Below, piece by piece: positions 1 through 9,657 of a stretch of 64,000 nucleotides of DNA. Position numbers and translations under genes: made by a program. The stretch is from NCBI GenBank assembly GCA_032161105.1, contig JAVHTD010000005.1; one strand, 5' to 3'. The notes beneath the pieces were generated by a model that saw only the letters and a program-made list of their open reading frames with translations, made no database searches and had not been told where the DNA came from. Origin of the DNA: Candidatus Thermosaccharophagus tengchongensis. GTDB lineage: Bacteria > Armatimonadota > Fervidibacteria > Fervidibacterales > Thermosaccharophagaceae. How positions within the stretch are numbered: position 1 is the first letter of the stretch; each line of letters starts with the position of its first letter.

Positions 1-1
1 T

Positions 2-877
2 GATGGACGATACTACTTCATCTGTGGACACCACCATGCAAGCATAGTTGAGCTTGAGGGGTTGAGAAACTCGCAGCGGCTTAATGTGTGGCTAAAGCTG
101 TCGCCAAAGGATATCTTGGCTTGCGAGCAATTCATCCTGCGGCGTGCTGCAATGGAGCGCAACAGGGAGGGCACACTGAAGTTGCTCTCAATTCGCAAGG
201 CGCTTAAGCCGATGGAAATTGATGCCGACCTCGGTGAGTGGGATGAAAAGCAATTTGAGGATGTGATGAGCGATGGCGAGGCGAGAGCAAAGTTTGCCCT
301 GATGTGGGATGAGCATTCGCTATATCTTGCGGCAAGGGTGAACGACAAAACACCGATGTTAAACAGCGCAAAGGATTTGCGCCTGCTGTTCAAGTTTGGG
401 GATTGTGTTGATTTGCAGCTCGGATTGATGCGGACCCCGGAAAACCACCCACAGGAAATCTCTGTGGGCGATGTGCGAATTCTCTTCTCGGTTGTCGGTG
501 GCAAACCGGTGGCGGTCATATACCGATACAAAGTTCCGTGGGTGAAGGCGCCAGAGAGGTTCACATCGCCTGTGCGTAGCGTAAGCGTTGACGATGTGGA
601 AACATTGACACGCTCAAAGGTTGCAGTGAAGCTGACCGGGAATGGATATGACATTGAGGCTGAAATCCCGTGGGATGAGATCTGGCGCAGCATCAAGCCG
701 CCAACTGCGGGAGCTAAAATCCCGATTGACTTTGGGATACTGTTTTCAACTCCAACAGGCGATGGAACGGCTGAGCGAGTCTACTGGGCGAATAAACTTT
801 CGGGAGTCGTTTCAGATCTGCCGAGCGAGGTTGAGGTGAGACCACACCTTTGGGGTTGGTGTGAGTTCACCGAGTGA
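2..877 (+). CDS. C-terminal part of a larger protein with a CBM9/DOMON-like sugar-binding domain (5' end lies outside the window)
   Basis: Frame is open from base 2 to TGA at 875-877. Contains the motifs IDADLGEW, LMWDEHSLYLAARVND and YDIEAEIPW, typical of CBM9-like folds. Confidence 0.6.
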   Translation, partial: DGRYYFICGHHHASIVELEGLRNSQRLNVWLKLSPKDILACEQFILRRAAMERNREGTLKLLSIRKALKPMEIDADLGEWDEKQFEDVMSDGEARAKFALMWDEHSLYLAARVNDKTPMLNSAKDLRLLFKFGDCVDLQLGLMRTPENHPQEISVGDVRILFSVVGGKPVAVIYRYKVPWVKAPERFTSPVRSVSVDDVETLTRSKVAVKLTGNGYDIEAEIPWDEIWRSIKPPTAGAKIPIDFGILFSTPTGDGTAERVYWANKLSGVVSDLPSEVEVRPHLWGWCEFTE

Positions 878-966
878 TTTTCCATGTAAGAGGGCATGCC
901 CAATTCTCGCTCTATATGGTTGCCCTTGTGAGCATCGCATGAGGGGCATCAAAAGGTGAAGTAGGG

Positions 967-2214
967 ATGCTCTTCTTTGTGCCAATTGGGACGAGCGCAA
1001 AATTGCGCCGAACGCCAATTGCGACCTACATCTTCATCGGAATCAATGTGCTCGTTTATTTCCTCGAGCTCGTCGTCTTCTTTAGTGGCGGTAGTAATGC
1101 GCTTAGGGAGCTGTTTTACACATTCGGCTTTGTGCCATCTGAGCCAAGGTGGCATGCGCTGTTCACATCCATGTTCGTTCACGATGCCCCATTGCCGTTT
1201 CATATAGCTGGCAACATGATATACCTTTGGATTTTTGGGAGGCACATTGAAGATGCTCTTGGGAGCGTTGTCTATGCCGTCTTCTACATGACAAGCCAGT
1301 TCGGTGCGATCTTCATGCAAGTCGTAGCACTCAGATTGCTGAACCCAAGGTGGCTATCCATACCGCAGGTTGGTGCATCTGGGGCTATAGCTGCGCTCCT
1401 CGGGCTTTTCGCCATTCGCTTCTATCATGAGCGCATAGAGCTGTTTTATGCCTGTGGTCCAGTCGCTTATTTCAGGCATGGCACAACGCAGCTGCCATCA
1501 CTGCTCGTGCTTGGCGTTTGGTTTGCGTTGGAGATTTTGAATGGTCTGCTCTCATCCGCTGGCACCGGTGGTGCAATGATTGCACACTGGGCGCATGTTG
1601 GCGGTTTCCTTGTCGGAGTTATCGCAGCCTTTTCATTTGGGTCTTTAAAGGATGCACAAGTTGAATCGCTCACCTCGCACGCCGAGTGGCTACTCAGGTG
1701 CGGCATGCGGCAAGCGGCGATGAAGTATCTGAAGCGCGCCGTCAGGGCGGATCCCACCAACGCGGTTGCGAGGCTGCTTCTTGCTGTCTCATCTGCGAAA
1801 TCCGAGGGCGACAATGTGGCAACAGCCCATCTGCAAGCGGCTCTGCGTTACGGGGCGCACTCGGCATCCGGCGTTAGCTTTATTGCGGAAGCTATTGCAT
1901 CGCTCCCGGAGGAACTGCGCGTGGAATTAACGCGAATTGGCACGCCGAAGATGAGGCTTGAAATGGCTGTGCTGCTTGAGCGCTCCCGCAACTACGATGC
2001 AGCTTTGGAACTGTTCAAAAGCGTCGCTTCGGATGAGCGTGCTGACGATGAGCATAGAGCGCTCGCCGCAATACGCAGTGCTGACATACTTTTCAGGCAT
2101 TGCGGCAATAGGGAAGGGGCAAGGAGAATGCTCAAATGGCTTTGTGAGCGCTTTCCAAGCTCTCATTGGGTTGACCTCGCAAGGCATATGCTTCGGCAGA
2201 TTGGGATGGAGTAG
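967..2214 (+). CDS. Rhomboid-family intramembrane serine protease with a C-terminal TPR-like helical region
   Basis: Motifs TSMFVH, HIAGNMIYLWIFG, GASGA (catalytic Ser) and AHWAHVGG (catalytic His). The C-terminus is helical and TPR-like. Confidence 0.85.
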   Translation: MLFFVPIGTSAKLRRTPIATYIFIGINVLVYFLELVVFFSGGSNALRELFYTFGFVPSEPRWHALFTSMFVHDAPLPFHIAGNMIYLWIFGRHIEDALGSVVYAVFYMTSQFGAIFMQVVALRLLNPRWLSIPQVGASGAIAALLGLFAIRFYHERIELFYACGPVAYFRHGTTQLPSLLVLGVWFALEILNGLLSSAGTGGAMIAHWAHVGGFLVGVIAAFSFGSLKDAQVESLTSHAEWLLRCGMRQAAMKYLKRAVRADPTNAVARLLLAVSSAKSEGDNVATAHLQAALRYGAHSASGVSFIAEAIASLPEELRVELTRIGTPKMRLEMAVLLERSRNYDAALELFKSVASDERADDEHRALAAIRSADILFRHCGNREGARRMLKWLCERFPSSHWVDLARHMLRQIGME

Positions 2215-2260
2215 CGCCGCAGCGAATGCGCCTAAAGTTTATCTTCGGGGGTGACGCGGG

Positions 2261-3187
2261 GTGAGTGTTAGGGTTGTCGTTGTTGGTGGCGCTAATGTTG
2301 ACATGGTTGCAACTGCGCCGAGGCTCCCAAAGCCCGGTGAGACGGTGATTGGGACGAACTTCACAATCGCATGCGGCGGCAAGGGCGCAAATCAAGCTGT
2401 TGCAGCCGCGCGGCTCGGCGCATCCGTTTCTTTCATCGGGCGTGTTGGAGACGACATGTTCGGGGAGATGCTTGAAAGAAGCTTGCGTGAAGCCGGCGTT
2501 GATACGACATTCTTAAAGCGGGACAGCAGCTCGCATACTGGGGTCGCTCAAATCTATGTCGCTCAAGATGGCGAGAATTGCATCATCGTTGTTCTCGGCG
2601 CAAATGGCAGGGTCAGCGGAGGAGACATTGAAGAAGCCGAGGAAAGGATCAGCAATTCGCATTGCCTCGTATTGCAGCTTGAGATACCGTATGAGGCAGT
2701 GACCAGGGCGGTTGAGATCGCCAACAAACATGGAGTGAAGGTCGTATCCAACTTGGCACCAGCACAGGAGTTCGCTCGCGAACTTTTGAGCATGTGTGAT
2801 GTTGTGACGCTTAACGAGAGCGAGGCAACGCAGATGACTGGGATCGCGATCAACGACTTGGATGATGCTATGAGGGGAGCTAAGGCGCTGCTTGAGATGG
2901 GTGCAAGGGCGGTTGTGCTAACTATGGGTAAGCAAGGCGCTGTAGCAGCTGATGAGGGTGGCATTGAACACATACCGGCTTTCAAAGTTGATTCAATTGA
3001 TGCAACTGCAGCCGGCGACGCATTCACGGCAGCGCTCGCAGTCAGATTATGCGAGGGCGTATCATTGCGCGACGCGGTCGTGTTTGCAAATGCGGCTGGA
3101 GCACTCGCCACAACAAAGCTCGGCGCACAGCCATCGCTGCCATACAGGAGCGAAGTTGAAATGCTGCTCAGGGGCGCCATGAAGTAG
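2261..3187 (+). CDS. rbsK: Ribokinase (PfkB family)
   Basis: Motifs NVDM, GGKGANQAVAAARLG, NESEA and DATAAGDAF. GTG start after a GGGGTGA Shine-Dalgarno (SD) sequence. Confidence 0.9.
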   Translation: MSVRVVVVGGANVDMVATAPRLPKPGETVIGTNFTIACGGKGANQAVAAARLGASVSFIGRVGDDMFGEMLERSLREAGVDTTFLKRDSSSHTGVAQIYVAQDGENCIIVVLGANGRVSGGDIEEAEERISNSHCLVLQLEIPYEAVTRAVEIANKHGVKVVSNLAPAQEFARELLSMCDVVTLNESEATQMTGIAINDLDDAMRGAKALLEMGARAVVLTMGKQGAVAADEGGIEHIPAFKVDSIDATAAGDAFTAALAVRLCEGVSLRDAVVFANAAGALATTKLGAQPSLPYRSEVEMLLRGAMK

Positions 3188-3238
3188 GCATCAGTTGATG
3201 ATTCACTTTGGAGGTGGGTGTTCATGTGCTGCAGTGCA

Positions 3239-3775
3239 ATGCTCAAAATTCACGGCACCACAATACTGGCGGTTAAGCGCAATGGTGAGGTGGCGATGGC
3301 TGGCGATGGTCAGGTGACGATGGGTAACATCGCTGTGAAGCATACAGCCCGCAAGATACGCAAGCTCTACGGCGGGAAAGTTCTTGCCGGGTTTGCTGGT
3401 GCAGTCGCAGATGCCCTTACGCTCTTTCAGAGGTTTGAGGATAAGCTGACCGAGTATCACGGCAATCTAAGGCGCGCCGCTTATGAACTTGCGAGGGATT
3501 GGCGCACCGACAGAGTCTTGAGGAGGCTTGAGGCGTTGCTCGTTGTCGCCGATGCCGAAGACCTATTGCTCATTGCCGGCTCGGGCGAGATCATTGAGCC
3601 AGATGATGGCGTGATTGGCATCGGGACTGGCGGTGGCTACGCAGAGGCTGCAGCGAGGGCGCTGCTCAAGTTTACAAACCTTGATGCGGCAACGATAGCG
3701 CAAGAGGCGCTCACAATAGCTTCTCGGCTCTGCATTTACACGAATGATCAAGTGGTCGTTGAGAAGTTGCCTTAA
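3239..3775 (+). CDS. hslV: ATP-dependent protease peptidase subunit HslV (ClpQ)
   Basis: Motifs HGTTILAV (N-terminal Thr nucleophile), [22 protein letters not shown] and CIYTN. The start choice (ATG 3239) is approximate. Confidence 0.92.
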   Translation: MLKIHGTTILAVKRNGEVAMAGDGQVTMGNIAVKHTARKIRKLYGGKVLAGFAGAVADALTLFQRFEDKLTEYHGNLRRAAYELARDWRTDRVLRRLEALLVVADAEDLLLIAGSGEIIEPDDGVIGIGTGGGYAEAAARALLKFTNLDAATIAQEALTIASRLCIYTNDQVVVEKLP

Positions 3776-3788
3776 TGGCGTGGCGAGA

Positions 3789-4658
3789 ATGAGGGTTGAC
3801 AGCGCTTTGAAGTTGGTCATCTCGGAGCTGCTCAATGTCGGCATTCCAACGCCGCAAGCCGATGGGGAGTGGCTTTTGGCTCATTTGCTCGGATGCTCAC
3901 GGGCGGAGGTTTACCTCCATCGTGACAGGTTGCTCAACGAAAGCGAAGTGCAGCGCTTGAAAGAATTGCTGAGCCAGCGTCTTCGCCGACGCCCATTGGC
4001 ATACATCATCGGCTGCTGGGATTTCTTCGGGCTGAGGATAAAGTTGGATGAAAGGGCAATGATACCCCGTCCCGAGACGGAGCAGCTTGTTGAGATGGTG
4101 ATTGATGAGTTACGCCCCATTCATTCGCATGAGCGCAGTCTGCTCTTAGCCGATGTTGGCACCGGGAGTGGCGCAATAGCGATAGCGTTGGCTGTGCATC
4201 TTCCAAAGGCGCACATAATTGCCACTGACATTTCGGAACGGGCTTTGGAGCTCGCAATGGAGAATGCAATGCTGCATGGAGTCAAAGGGCGCATCACATT
4301 CCTACACGGCTCGTTGCTTGAACCGTTAGAGACCATGCCGCATGTCAGGTTGAATGCGATTGTTGCGAATCTGCCGTATGTCTCAGACGATGAGGTGGAG
4401 TCGTTACCGCCAGAGGTGGTCAATTATGAGCCAAGGGAAAGTTGGTATGGTGGTGCGGATGGATTGCTTTACATCGGAGAGCTCATTGAGGAATCGCCAA
4501 AACGGCTTTGCGGCGGCGGTTTGATTGCACTTGAGGTTGGCACAAGCCAAGCCGAGAAAGTCGCAGGGATGCTCGCTGCAACTCGTGAGTATAATCGGAT
4601 TGAGGTGCGCTGTGATTATGCCGGTTTCCAAAGGTTCGTGATGGCATGGCGTAAATGA
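3789..4658 (+). CDS. prmC: Release factor glutamine methyltransferase PrmC/HemK
   Basis: Motifs PLAYIIG, IPRPETE, DVGTGSGAIA and NLPY (NPPY-type). Confidence 0.9.
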   Translation: MRVDSALKLVISELLNVGIPTPQADGEWLLAHLLGCSRAEVYLHRDRLLNESEVQRLKELLSQRLRRRPLAYIIGCWDFFGLRIKLDERAMIPRPETEQLVEMVIDELRPIHSHERSLLLADVGTGSGAIAIALAVHLPKAHIIATDISERALELAMENAMLHGVKGRITFLHGSLLEPLETMPHVRLNAIVANLPYVSDDEVESLPPEVVNYEPRESWYGGADGLLYIGELIEESPKRLCGGGLIALEVGTSQAEKVAGMLAATREYNRIEVRCDYAGFQRFVMAWRK

Positions 4659-4680
4659 GAGGTGATGGAGGCAATTAGTC

Positions 4681-5727
4681 ATGACGAAGGTGATAAAGGC
4701 AGATCCCAACCTGCCAGTTGAGAGGTTGGTTCTGGAGTTGGGCGAGGTTGCAATGGCTTTGAAGCATGGTGCGCTTGTCGCATTCCCGACGGAAACGGTT
4801 TACGGGCTTGGTTGCGACCCGTTCAATAGGGAAGCTGTTAAACGCGTGTATGAGGTCAAGGGCAGACCGAGCGGGCGACCGTTGCCATTGCTCGTCTCTT
4901 CCGAGAGCCAAGTTAGAGAGCTCGCAAGCGAGATAAGCGATGCGGCGATGAGGTTGATGGAGCGCTTCTTCCCTGGTGCGTTGACGCTCATTCTGAGGCG
5001 CTCAAAAGTGGTGCCGGATGAAGTTTGCGGATATACCGACAAGGTTGGCGTGCGTTGTCCAAAGCACAACATCCCGTTGGCTTTAATGAGGGCTTGCGGG
5101 ACTCCGTTGGTTGCACCCTCAGCTAACCTGTCTGGGCGCATCTCACCGACGGATGCAAGCGAAGTGTTGAGGCAGCTTGGTGGTCAAATTGAGTTTGTGG
5201 TTGATGGCGGCAGGACAAGCATCGGCATTGAGTCAACGGTTGTGGACATGACCGTTGACCCACCGAGGGTGATTCGCCTCGGCTCAATTTGTGTTGAAGA
5301 GATTGAAGCTGCAATAGGGATGAGAGTTGAGGTTGATGAGAGCGCTATGGTTGGGCGCTATCGCCCGGTTAGTTCACGCCTTGTGCTAATTGACATTGGC
5401 GAGCGTGAGGGGCGAATCAAGGCGCTTAAGGAGCACGCTGCAGCTTGCTTGGGGAGGGGCTTGAGCGTGTGCTTGATCCTCACTGATGAGTCAGTGCAAC
5501 TTCTGAGCGCTTGTGGAAACATACCGAATGCAACGGTGCTCAATCTCGGCAGCGAGAGCGATTTGGAAGGGATAGCATCTCGGTTGTATGAGCGCATTTC
5601 TTTCGCCGACAGGGAAAGAATTGATGTGATACTTGTTGAAGCCATCCCAAGGCGTGGCATTGGGGCAGCCATTATGCAGCGGCTCATTTCGGCAGCTCAT
5701 AGGGTGATAAGTAGCAATTCGCGATAA
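4681..5727 (+). CDS. sua5: Threonylcarbamoyl-AMP synthase, Sua5/TsaC2 type with C-terminal SUA5 domain
   Basis: Motifs AFPTETVYGLG, KGRP, PSANLSG and GIESTVVD, plus a C-terminal extension ending GIGAAIMQRL. Confidence 0.88.
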   Translation: MTKVIKADPNLPVERLVLELGEVAMALKHGALVAFPTETVYGLGCDPFNREAVKRVYEVKGRPSGRPLPLLVSSESQVRELASEISDAAMRLMERFFPGALTLILRRSKVVPDEVCGYTDKVGVRCPKHNIPLALMRACGTPLVAPSANLSGRISPTDASEVLRQLGGQIEFVVDGGRTSIGIESTVVDMTVDPPRVIRLGSICVEEIEAAIGMRVEVDESAMVGRYRPVSSRLVLIDIGEREGRIKALKEHAAACLGRGLSVCLILTDESVQLLSACGNIPNATVLNLGSESDLEGIASRLYERISFADRERIDVILVEAIPRRGIGAAIMQRLISAAHRVISSNSR

Positions 5728-5784
5728 AGCGCTCCGATGAGGGATCAAGGACGCCTTTGGGCAATGGGGCGGTAGTGATACAGC

Positions 5785-6366
5785 TCATTTGCTCTGTGAG
5801 CTTTCCGCTTTCGGATTGACCTTGTAATTTGGCGTGCGCACACCCGTCGGGACATAACCTCTGTCAGTGGTCAAGTAGATTTGGTCAACCTTGATTCCCG
5901 GTTCCGTGCCGATAAGGTAGAATGTGTGCTCGCCAGGCGTTAGCCTGATTTGAACTGTTGAGCGAGGCCAATGCCATCTGTTGTATGTGTTGTCCGTGAT
6001 AACCATTGGGCGACCATCGTCAACTGCGACAGCCACCGAATTGCCGCAGCCGTGAATCCAATATGTGCGAACCCAAACATAATAAACGCCACCTTGTGCC
6101 ACATTGATTTTGTATGTGGCTCGCCCGATTGGTTGATCCTTCTCCTTCTTGAACCACGGTATTTCAACGAAAGCATTCCCTGAGACCTTCTCCGTCTCGT
6201 TCTTCTCAACTTTGGCTATGCGCATCGGCTGCTCTATTGAAGTGACATCCTCGGCTTCAAAACAGATGTAGTTAGCGGTTTGCGGTGAGCACAACTTGAG
6301 CCCAACAAAAGCCAATGTGAGCGATGCAAACAGCCCAATCAATACCACATGCATTCTTGATTTCAT
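5785..6366 (-). CDS. Secreted or membrane-anchored carbohydrate-binding-module-like protein
   Basis: Hydrophobic N-terminus, FEAED start motif, G-x-Y-x-V-W-V-R and KVDQIYLT, as in CBM6/35-like beta-sandwiches. Confidence 0.55.
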   Translation of the reverse strand: MKSRMHVVLIGLFASLTLAFVGLKLCSPQTANYICFEAEDVTSIEQPMRIAKVEKNETEKVSGNAFVEIPWFKKEKDQPIGRATYKINVAQGGVYYVWVRTYWIHGCGNSVAVAVDDGRPMVITDNTYNRWHWPRSTVQIRLTPGEHTFYLIGTEPGIKVDQIYLTTDRGYVPTGVRTPNYKVNPKAESSQSK

Positions 6367-6506
6367 GAGTCACACCTCCCGGTGCAGCTTGAGCCTTTGC
6401 CATGAATTAGACGACGACAGTTTATACTCCGTTGCGTTAGTGGTGGAGGTTGCACAGCCGTTTAAACCGGGCACAGAAGCACAACCAGCATCAGCTGCGA
6501 TGTGCT

Positions 6507-6776
6507 TTAGTCAATGTCAATCGTTGGGGCTTCCTTTCCCTCTGGCGATTCAACTTTGGAGCCAGCCTTTGAGCTCTGCTGAGTGGACTTAGGTCCAGTG
6601 GGACCATAATCCGTAACATGCCATCCCGAACCCTTGAACACTATCGGCACCGGCTTGAATACCTTTCTCGCAGGTGAGCCACAGGCGGGACATGTGATTT
6701 GCGGATGCTCATTTGCGCCATGTTCAACATCAAAGTGATGTTTGCATATGGTGCATGCGTATTCGTAGACGGGCAT
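6507..6776 (-). CDS. FmdB-family zinc-ribbon protein
   Basis: MPVYEYACTIC...CPACG...IVFKGSGWHVTDY signature. SD GGAGGTGA. Confidence 0.88.
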   Translation of the reverse strand: MPVYEYACTICKHHFDVEHGANEHPQITCPACGSPARKVFKPVPIVFKGSGWHVTDYGPTGPKSTQQSSKAGSKVESPEGKEAPTIDID

Positions 6777-6841
6777 TTGCGATCACCTCCCTTGTTGCCT
6801 CCCGCCCGTGTATCACCCTTTGCTTTTATGAGCTGCCCTGC

Positions 6842-7831
6842 TCACGAGTATCGCCACACCTTCAGCCCTTCAAAGTCAAACTTGAATTGCACGATCACAC
6901 CGGGCATGTTCCTCAGTGCGTTTTCAACATCTGCTCGTTTCCCGCTCTTCGTGAGGAACACGAGACAACCTCCCCCTCCGGCACCGCAAGCCTTTCCACC
7001 CACGCACCCACTTCGCATAGCTGCATCAAAGATGGATTCAATCTGCTCGTTAGTTATGCTTTCGTGCAAAGCCTTCTGGCACTCCCAATTTTCGCCCATC
7101 AGCTTCCCAAATCCATCTATGTCACCGGATTTGAGCGCATCAGCCATCTCAAATGCGATTTCTCGCATCCTCACGAGCCACCCTCTGTTCTTGCCCGAAA
7201 AATAGTTACCCCACACATGCTCATGCAGCTTTGATGAAAGCCTCGCCTTACCTGTGTCAAACAGGATGAGCCTGCCCTCAAGCTCACTGATAATGCCCTC
7301 ACCAAGTTCAAGCCTGTTCACATCAACGCTCCCATCACGGTGAAACACAAACAGGTTAATCCCGCCAAACACTGCCGCATACTGATCTTGCTTTCCACCG
7401 ATTATCCCCAACTCACGCTCTATGCGATGTGACTTCTCCGCTATGAGCTTGCGCATCTCAAACGACTCCACATCTTCGTTTATCGCCTTGATCAAAGCAA
7501 GCCAGAGGGCATTTAAAGCCGCACTTGTGCCCAAGCCCGAACTCGGTATACCGGCTTTATACGAGACCATCGTCCCTCTGACTTCCTTACGAGGTAGCTC
7601 ATCAGGCTCACCTTCGGTTGCCTCACGCTCAGCGTCAAGCAAACTCCCGCCCGTATCAAGCACGCCAGTAACATAAGCCGGACGAAGTTGTCCCGTTGCG
7701 TCCGGGATAAGTGGCACAATCGCTGCATTAAGCGTTGCACCACCCTCGGGCTCGTTCTCGTAAAATTCTGGTGTGTCAGTCCAAGGTCCTCCGAAGTCTA
7801 TTCGCACCGGTATGCGTGCCTCTATGCGCAA
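6842..7831 (-). CDS. GHMP-family sugar kinase (HddA / heptose-7-phosphate kinase-like)
   Basis: Motifs PVRIDFGGPWTD, PSSGLGTS, GKQDQYAA and KACGAGGGG. TTG start after GAGGTGA. Confidence 0.8.
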   Translation of the reverse strand: MRIEARIPVRIDFGGPWTDTPEFYENEPEGGATLNAAIVPLIPDATGQLRPAYVTGVLDTGGSLLDAEREATEGEPDELPRKEVRGTMVSYKAGIPSSGLGTSAALNALWLALIKAINEDVESFEMRKLIAEKSHRIERELGIIGGKQDQYAAVFGGINLFVFHRDGSVDVNRLELGEGIISELEGRLILFDTGKARLSSKLHEHVWGNYFSGKNRGWLVRMREIAFEMADALKSGDIDGFGKLMGENWECQKALHESITNEQIESIFDAAMRSGCVGGKACGAGGGGCLVFLTKSGKRADVENALRNMPGVIVQFKFDFEGLKVWRYS

Positions 7832-7878
7832 TTAACTCACCTCACTGAGCTAAGTTGTGAAGCGATGCCACTGAGTTT

Positions 7879-9654
7879 TCATTTTACCAACTGGCGCGCG
7901 TAGCGCTTCAAGTCGTCAAGGATGTAATCTGACTTCAAATAAACGCCGTCAACTTGCGATGACTTGAGATACACATTGCTCTTCGTCTCATCATGAGCGC
8001 CGATTGTGAGCTTGATCTCTTTCCCCCTCTTAAGCCATGCTGTTGCCACAAGCTGCGGCTTATCAAAGCCATACTTTTCGACCTCACCGGTTGTGCCGAC
8101 ATACTTATCGGCGCGCACTTGCTCAATCGTCCACAATATGTTACTCATGGCAGTGCTATCGGCGTTGGCGCGCTTAGGCTTGGTAACTTCCCAGCTATTA
8201 CCGCGCCGTTCAACGAACACTTGCTTTCGTTTTCCGTCCTCAAGCCATTCAATTGCCAATCGCTCAACATCATCGCGCTCAAGGCGCACAATTTCAAGGT
8301 TGCGCAACTCATCCACATCCTTGCACACCTTCTCAAGTATGTCCGATGGGACTTCGCATACAGTTTCTTGGTCAGCAGCCTTCGCAAACACTTTCCCGCC
8401 ATCTGCCTTCCCAATTAGCAGTCTCATTGTCCTTTTTTGCTTTCGGTCATGCAGCTCAATTACGGCATGTGGCTTGTCCAAGCCATATTCACTGAGCTCC
8501 TTTGGTTGGTTTACGAAGCTTTTAGCCTCAAGGTCATGCACATCCCAGAGCAGGTTTGTCACGGTCGTATTATCGGCGCGCATTTTCACCGGCTTGATCA
8601 TTTCCCAATCTTCACGGTCACCGCTTTTTCTTCGCTCAAGCTCAATCTCCTTGCCACTGTGGACGAGCTTCAACCTGTCAATTTCGCTTGTGTCAAAGGC
8701 GAGCAGTCTTTTTGAGCGCAAGTCATTGAAGCGCTTTCTGACATCGTTTAGGCTTGACTCGTCTACCAGGAAGACGGAACGCCCAGAGGATGAACGAGCA
8801 TACACCTTCGTGGAATCTTCAGCTGACTTGCCTCCGACATGCAGCTTAAGCGGCTGTTTTCGTCCCTTCAACCACACCTCGGCAATAAATGATGGTTTCT
8901 CCAGCCCATACTTCTTCAGGGTCTCCTTAGTTGGCTTGTCATCCACGAACTTGGAAGCTTCAATCGTTGAAAGCTTATCAAGAGCAGTGTTGATTGAGCT
9001 TGAGTCAGCGTTTGTGCGCAATGGTTTTACTATCTGCCACTCATCACCCGACCGTTCGCACACTATAGTCTCGTCAGGATGCCTGAGCACCAACCTTTCA
9101 ACTTTTTCCCTGTCAAACTTCATCACCCGTTTCTCGCGAATCTCATCAAGCCCTTTGAGGGCATCGTCAAGCAGCATGCTGTCAACTACAACTGGCTTGC
9201 GCTTATCCTCACGGTAGGCATATGCGTAAAGTGCATCGGGTGTCTTTTTTGCGAGCACAAGCTTATACTTTTTCCCACCACGCAACTGGATTTCAACCGC
9301 TCCCTGTGGCTCTCGGAAGCCAAACTCCTTTCTCTTCAATGCGTCTTCCTTCAGCGTTAGCTCTACTTTCACCCGCTTAAGCCTGTCAAGCATGAACTTA
9401 ACTGTATCGTTATTTGCCGGGGCATTTACTGGCGAGACGATGCGCCACGAATCCTTACCGACACGCTGCAGCGTGATCCTCTTTCGCTCCTTCAAATTGT
9501 GAAGTTCAATCCTCTCAATCTTGTTCGGGTCAACCGACCAAAGCGCTTTTCCTTCGGGAGCCGGTCCGCGCTCAAATAGCAAAATCCAAACACCAAGAGC
9601 TATCGCTAAGGCAAGCAGCAGTAGCGTCCCTTTCATGCCGCGCATGGGAAACAA
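7879..9654 (-). CDS. DUF4340-type extracytoplasmic protein with four tandem repeats
   Basis: N-terminal TM helix. Four ~140-aa repeats marked by FGFREP, YGLEKP, YGLDKP and YGFDKP. Last gene of the Gld-like ABC cluster. Confidence 0.75.
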   Translation of the reverse strand: MFPMRGMKGTLLLLALAIALGVWILLFERGPAPEGKALWSVDPNKIERIELHNLKERKRITLQRVGKDSWRIVSPVNAPANNDTVKFMLDRLKRVKVELTLKEDALKRKEFGFREPQGAVEIQLRGGKKYKLVLAKKTPDALYAYAYREDKRKPVVVDSMLLDDALKGLDEIREKRVMKFDREKVERLVLRHPDETIVCERSGDEWQIVKPLRTNADSSSINTALDKLSTIEASKFVDDKPTKETLKKYGLEKPSFIAEVWLKGRKQPLKLHVGGKSAEDSTKVYARSSSGRSVFLVDESSLNDVRKRFNDLRSKRLLAFDTSEIDRLKLVHSGKEIELERRKSGDREDWEMIKPVKMRADNTTVTNLLWDVHDLEAKSFVNQPKELSEYGLDKPHAVIELHDRKQKRTMRLLIGKADGGKVFAKAADQETVCEVPSDILEKVCKDVDELRNLEIVRLERDDVERLAIEWLEDGKRKQVFVERRGNSWEVTKPKRANADSTAMSNILWTIEQVRADKYVGTTGEVEKYGFDKPQLVATAWLKRGKEIKLTIGAHDETKSNVYLKSSQVDGVYLKSDYILDDLKRYARQLVK

Positions 9655-9657
9655 CTT

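Noticed and set aside
13..696. 227-aa minus-strand ORF (likewise 2563-3246 and 34476-35120)
   Set aside because: Each is antisense to a well-supported gene and has no recognisable features.
8006..9217. 403-aa plus-strand ORF
   Set aside because: Ser-rich antisense shadow of the DUF4340 gene with no motifs; typical of reverse-frame openness.
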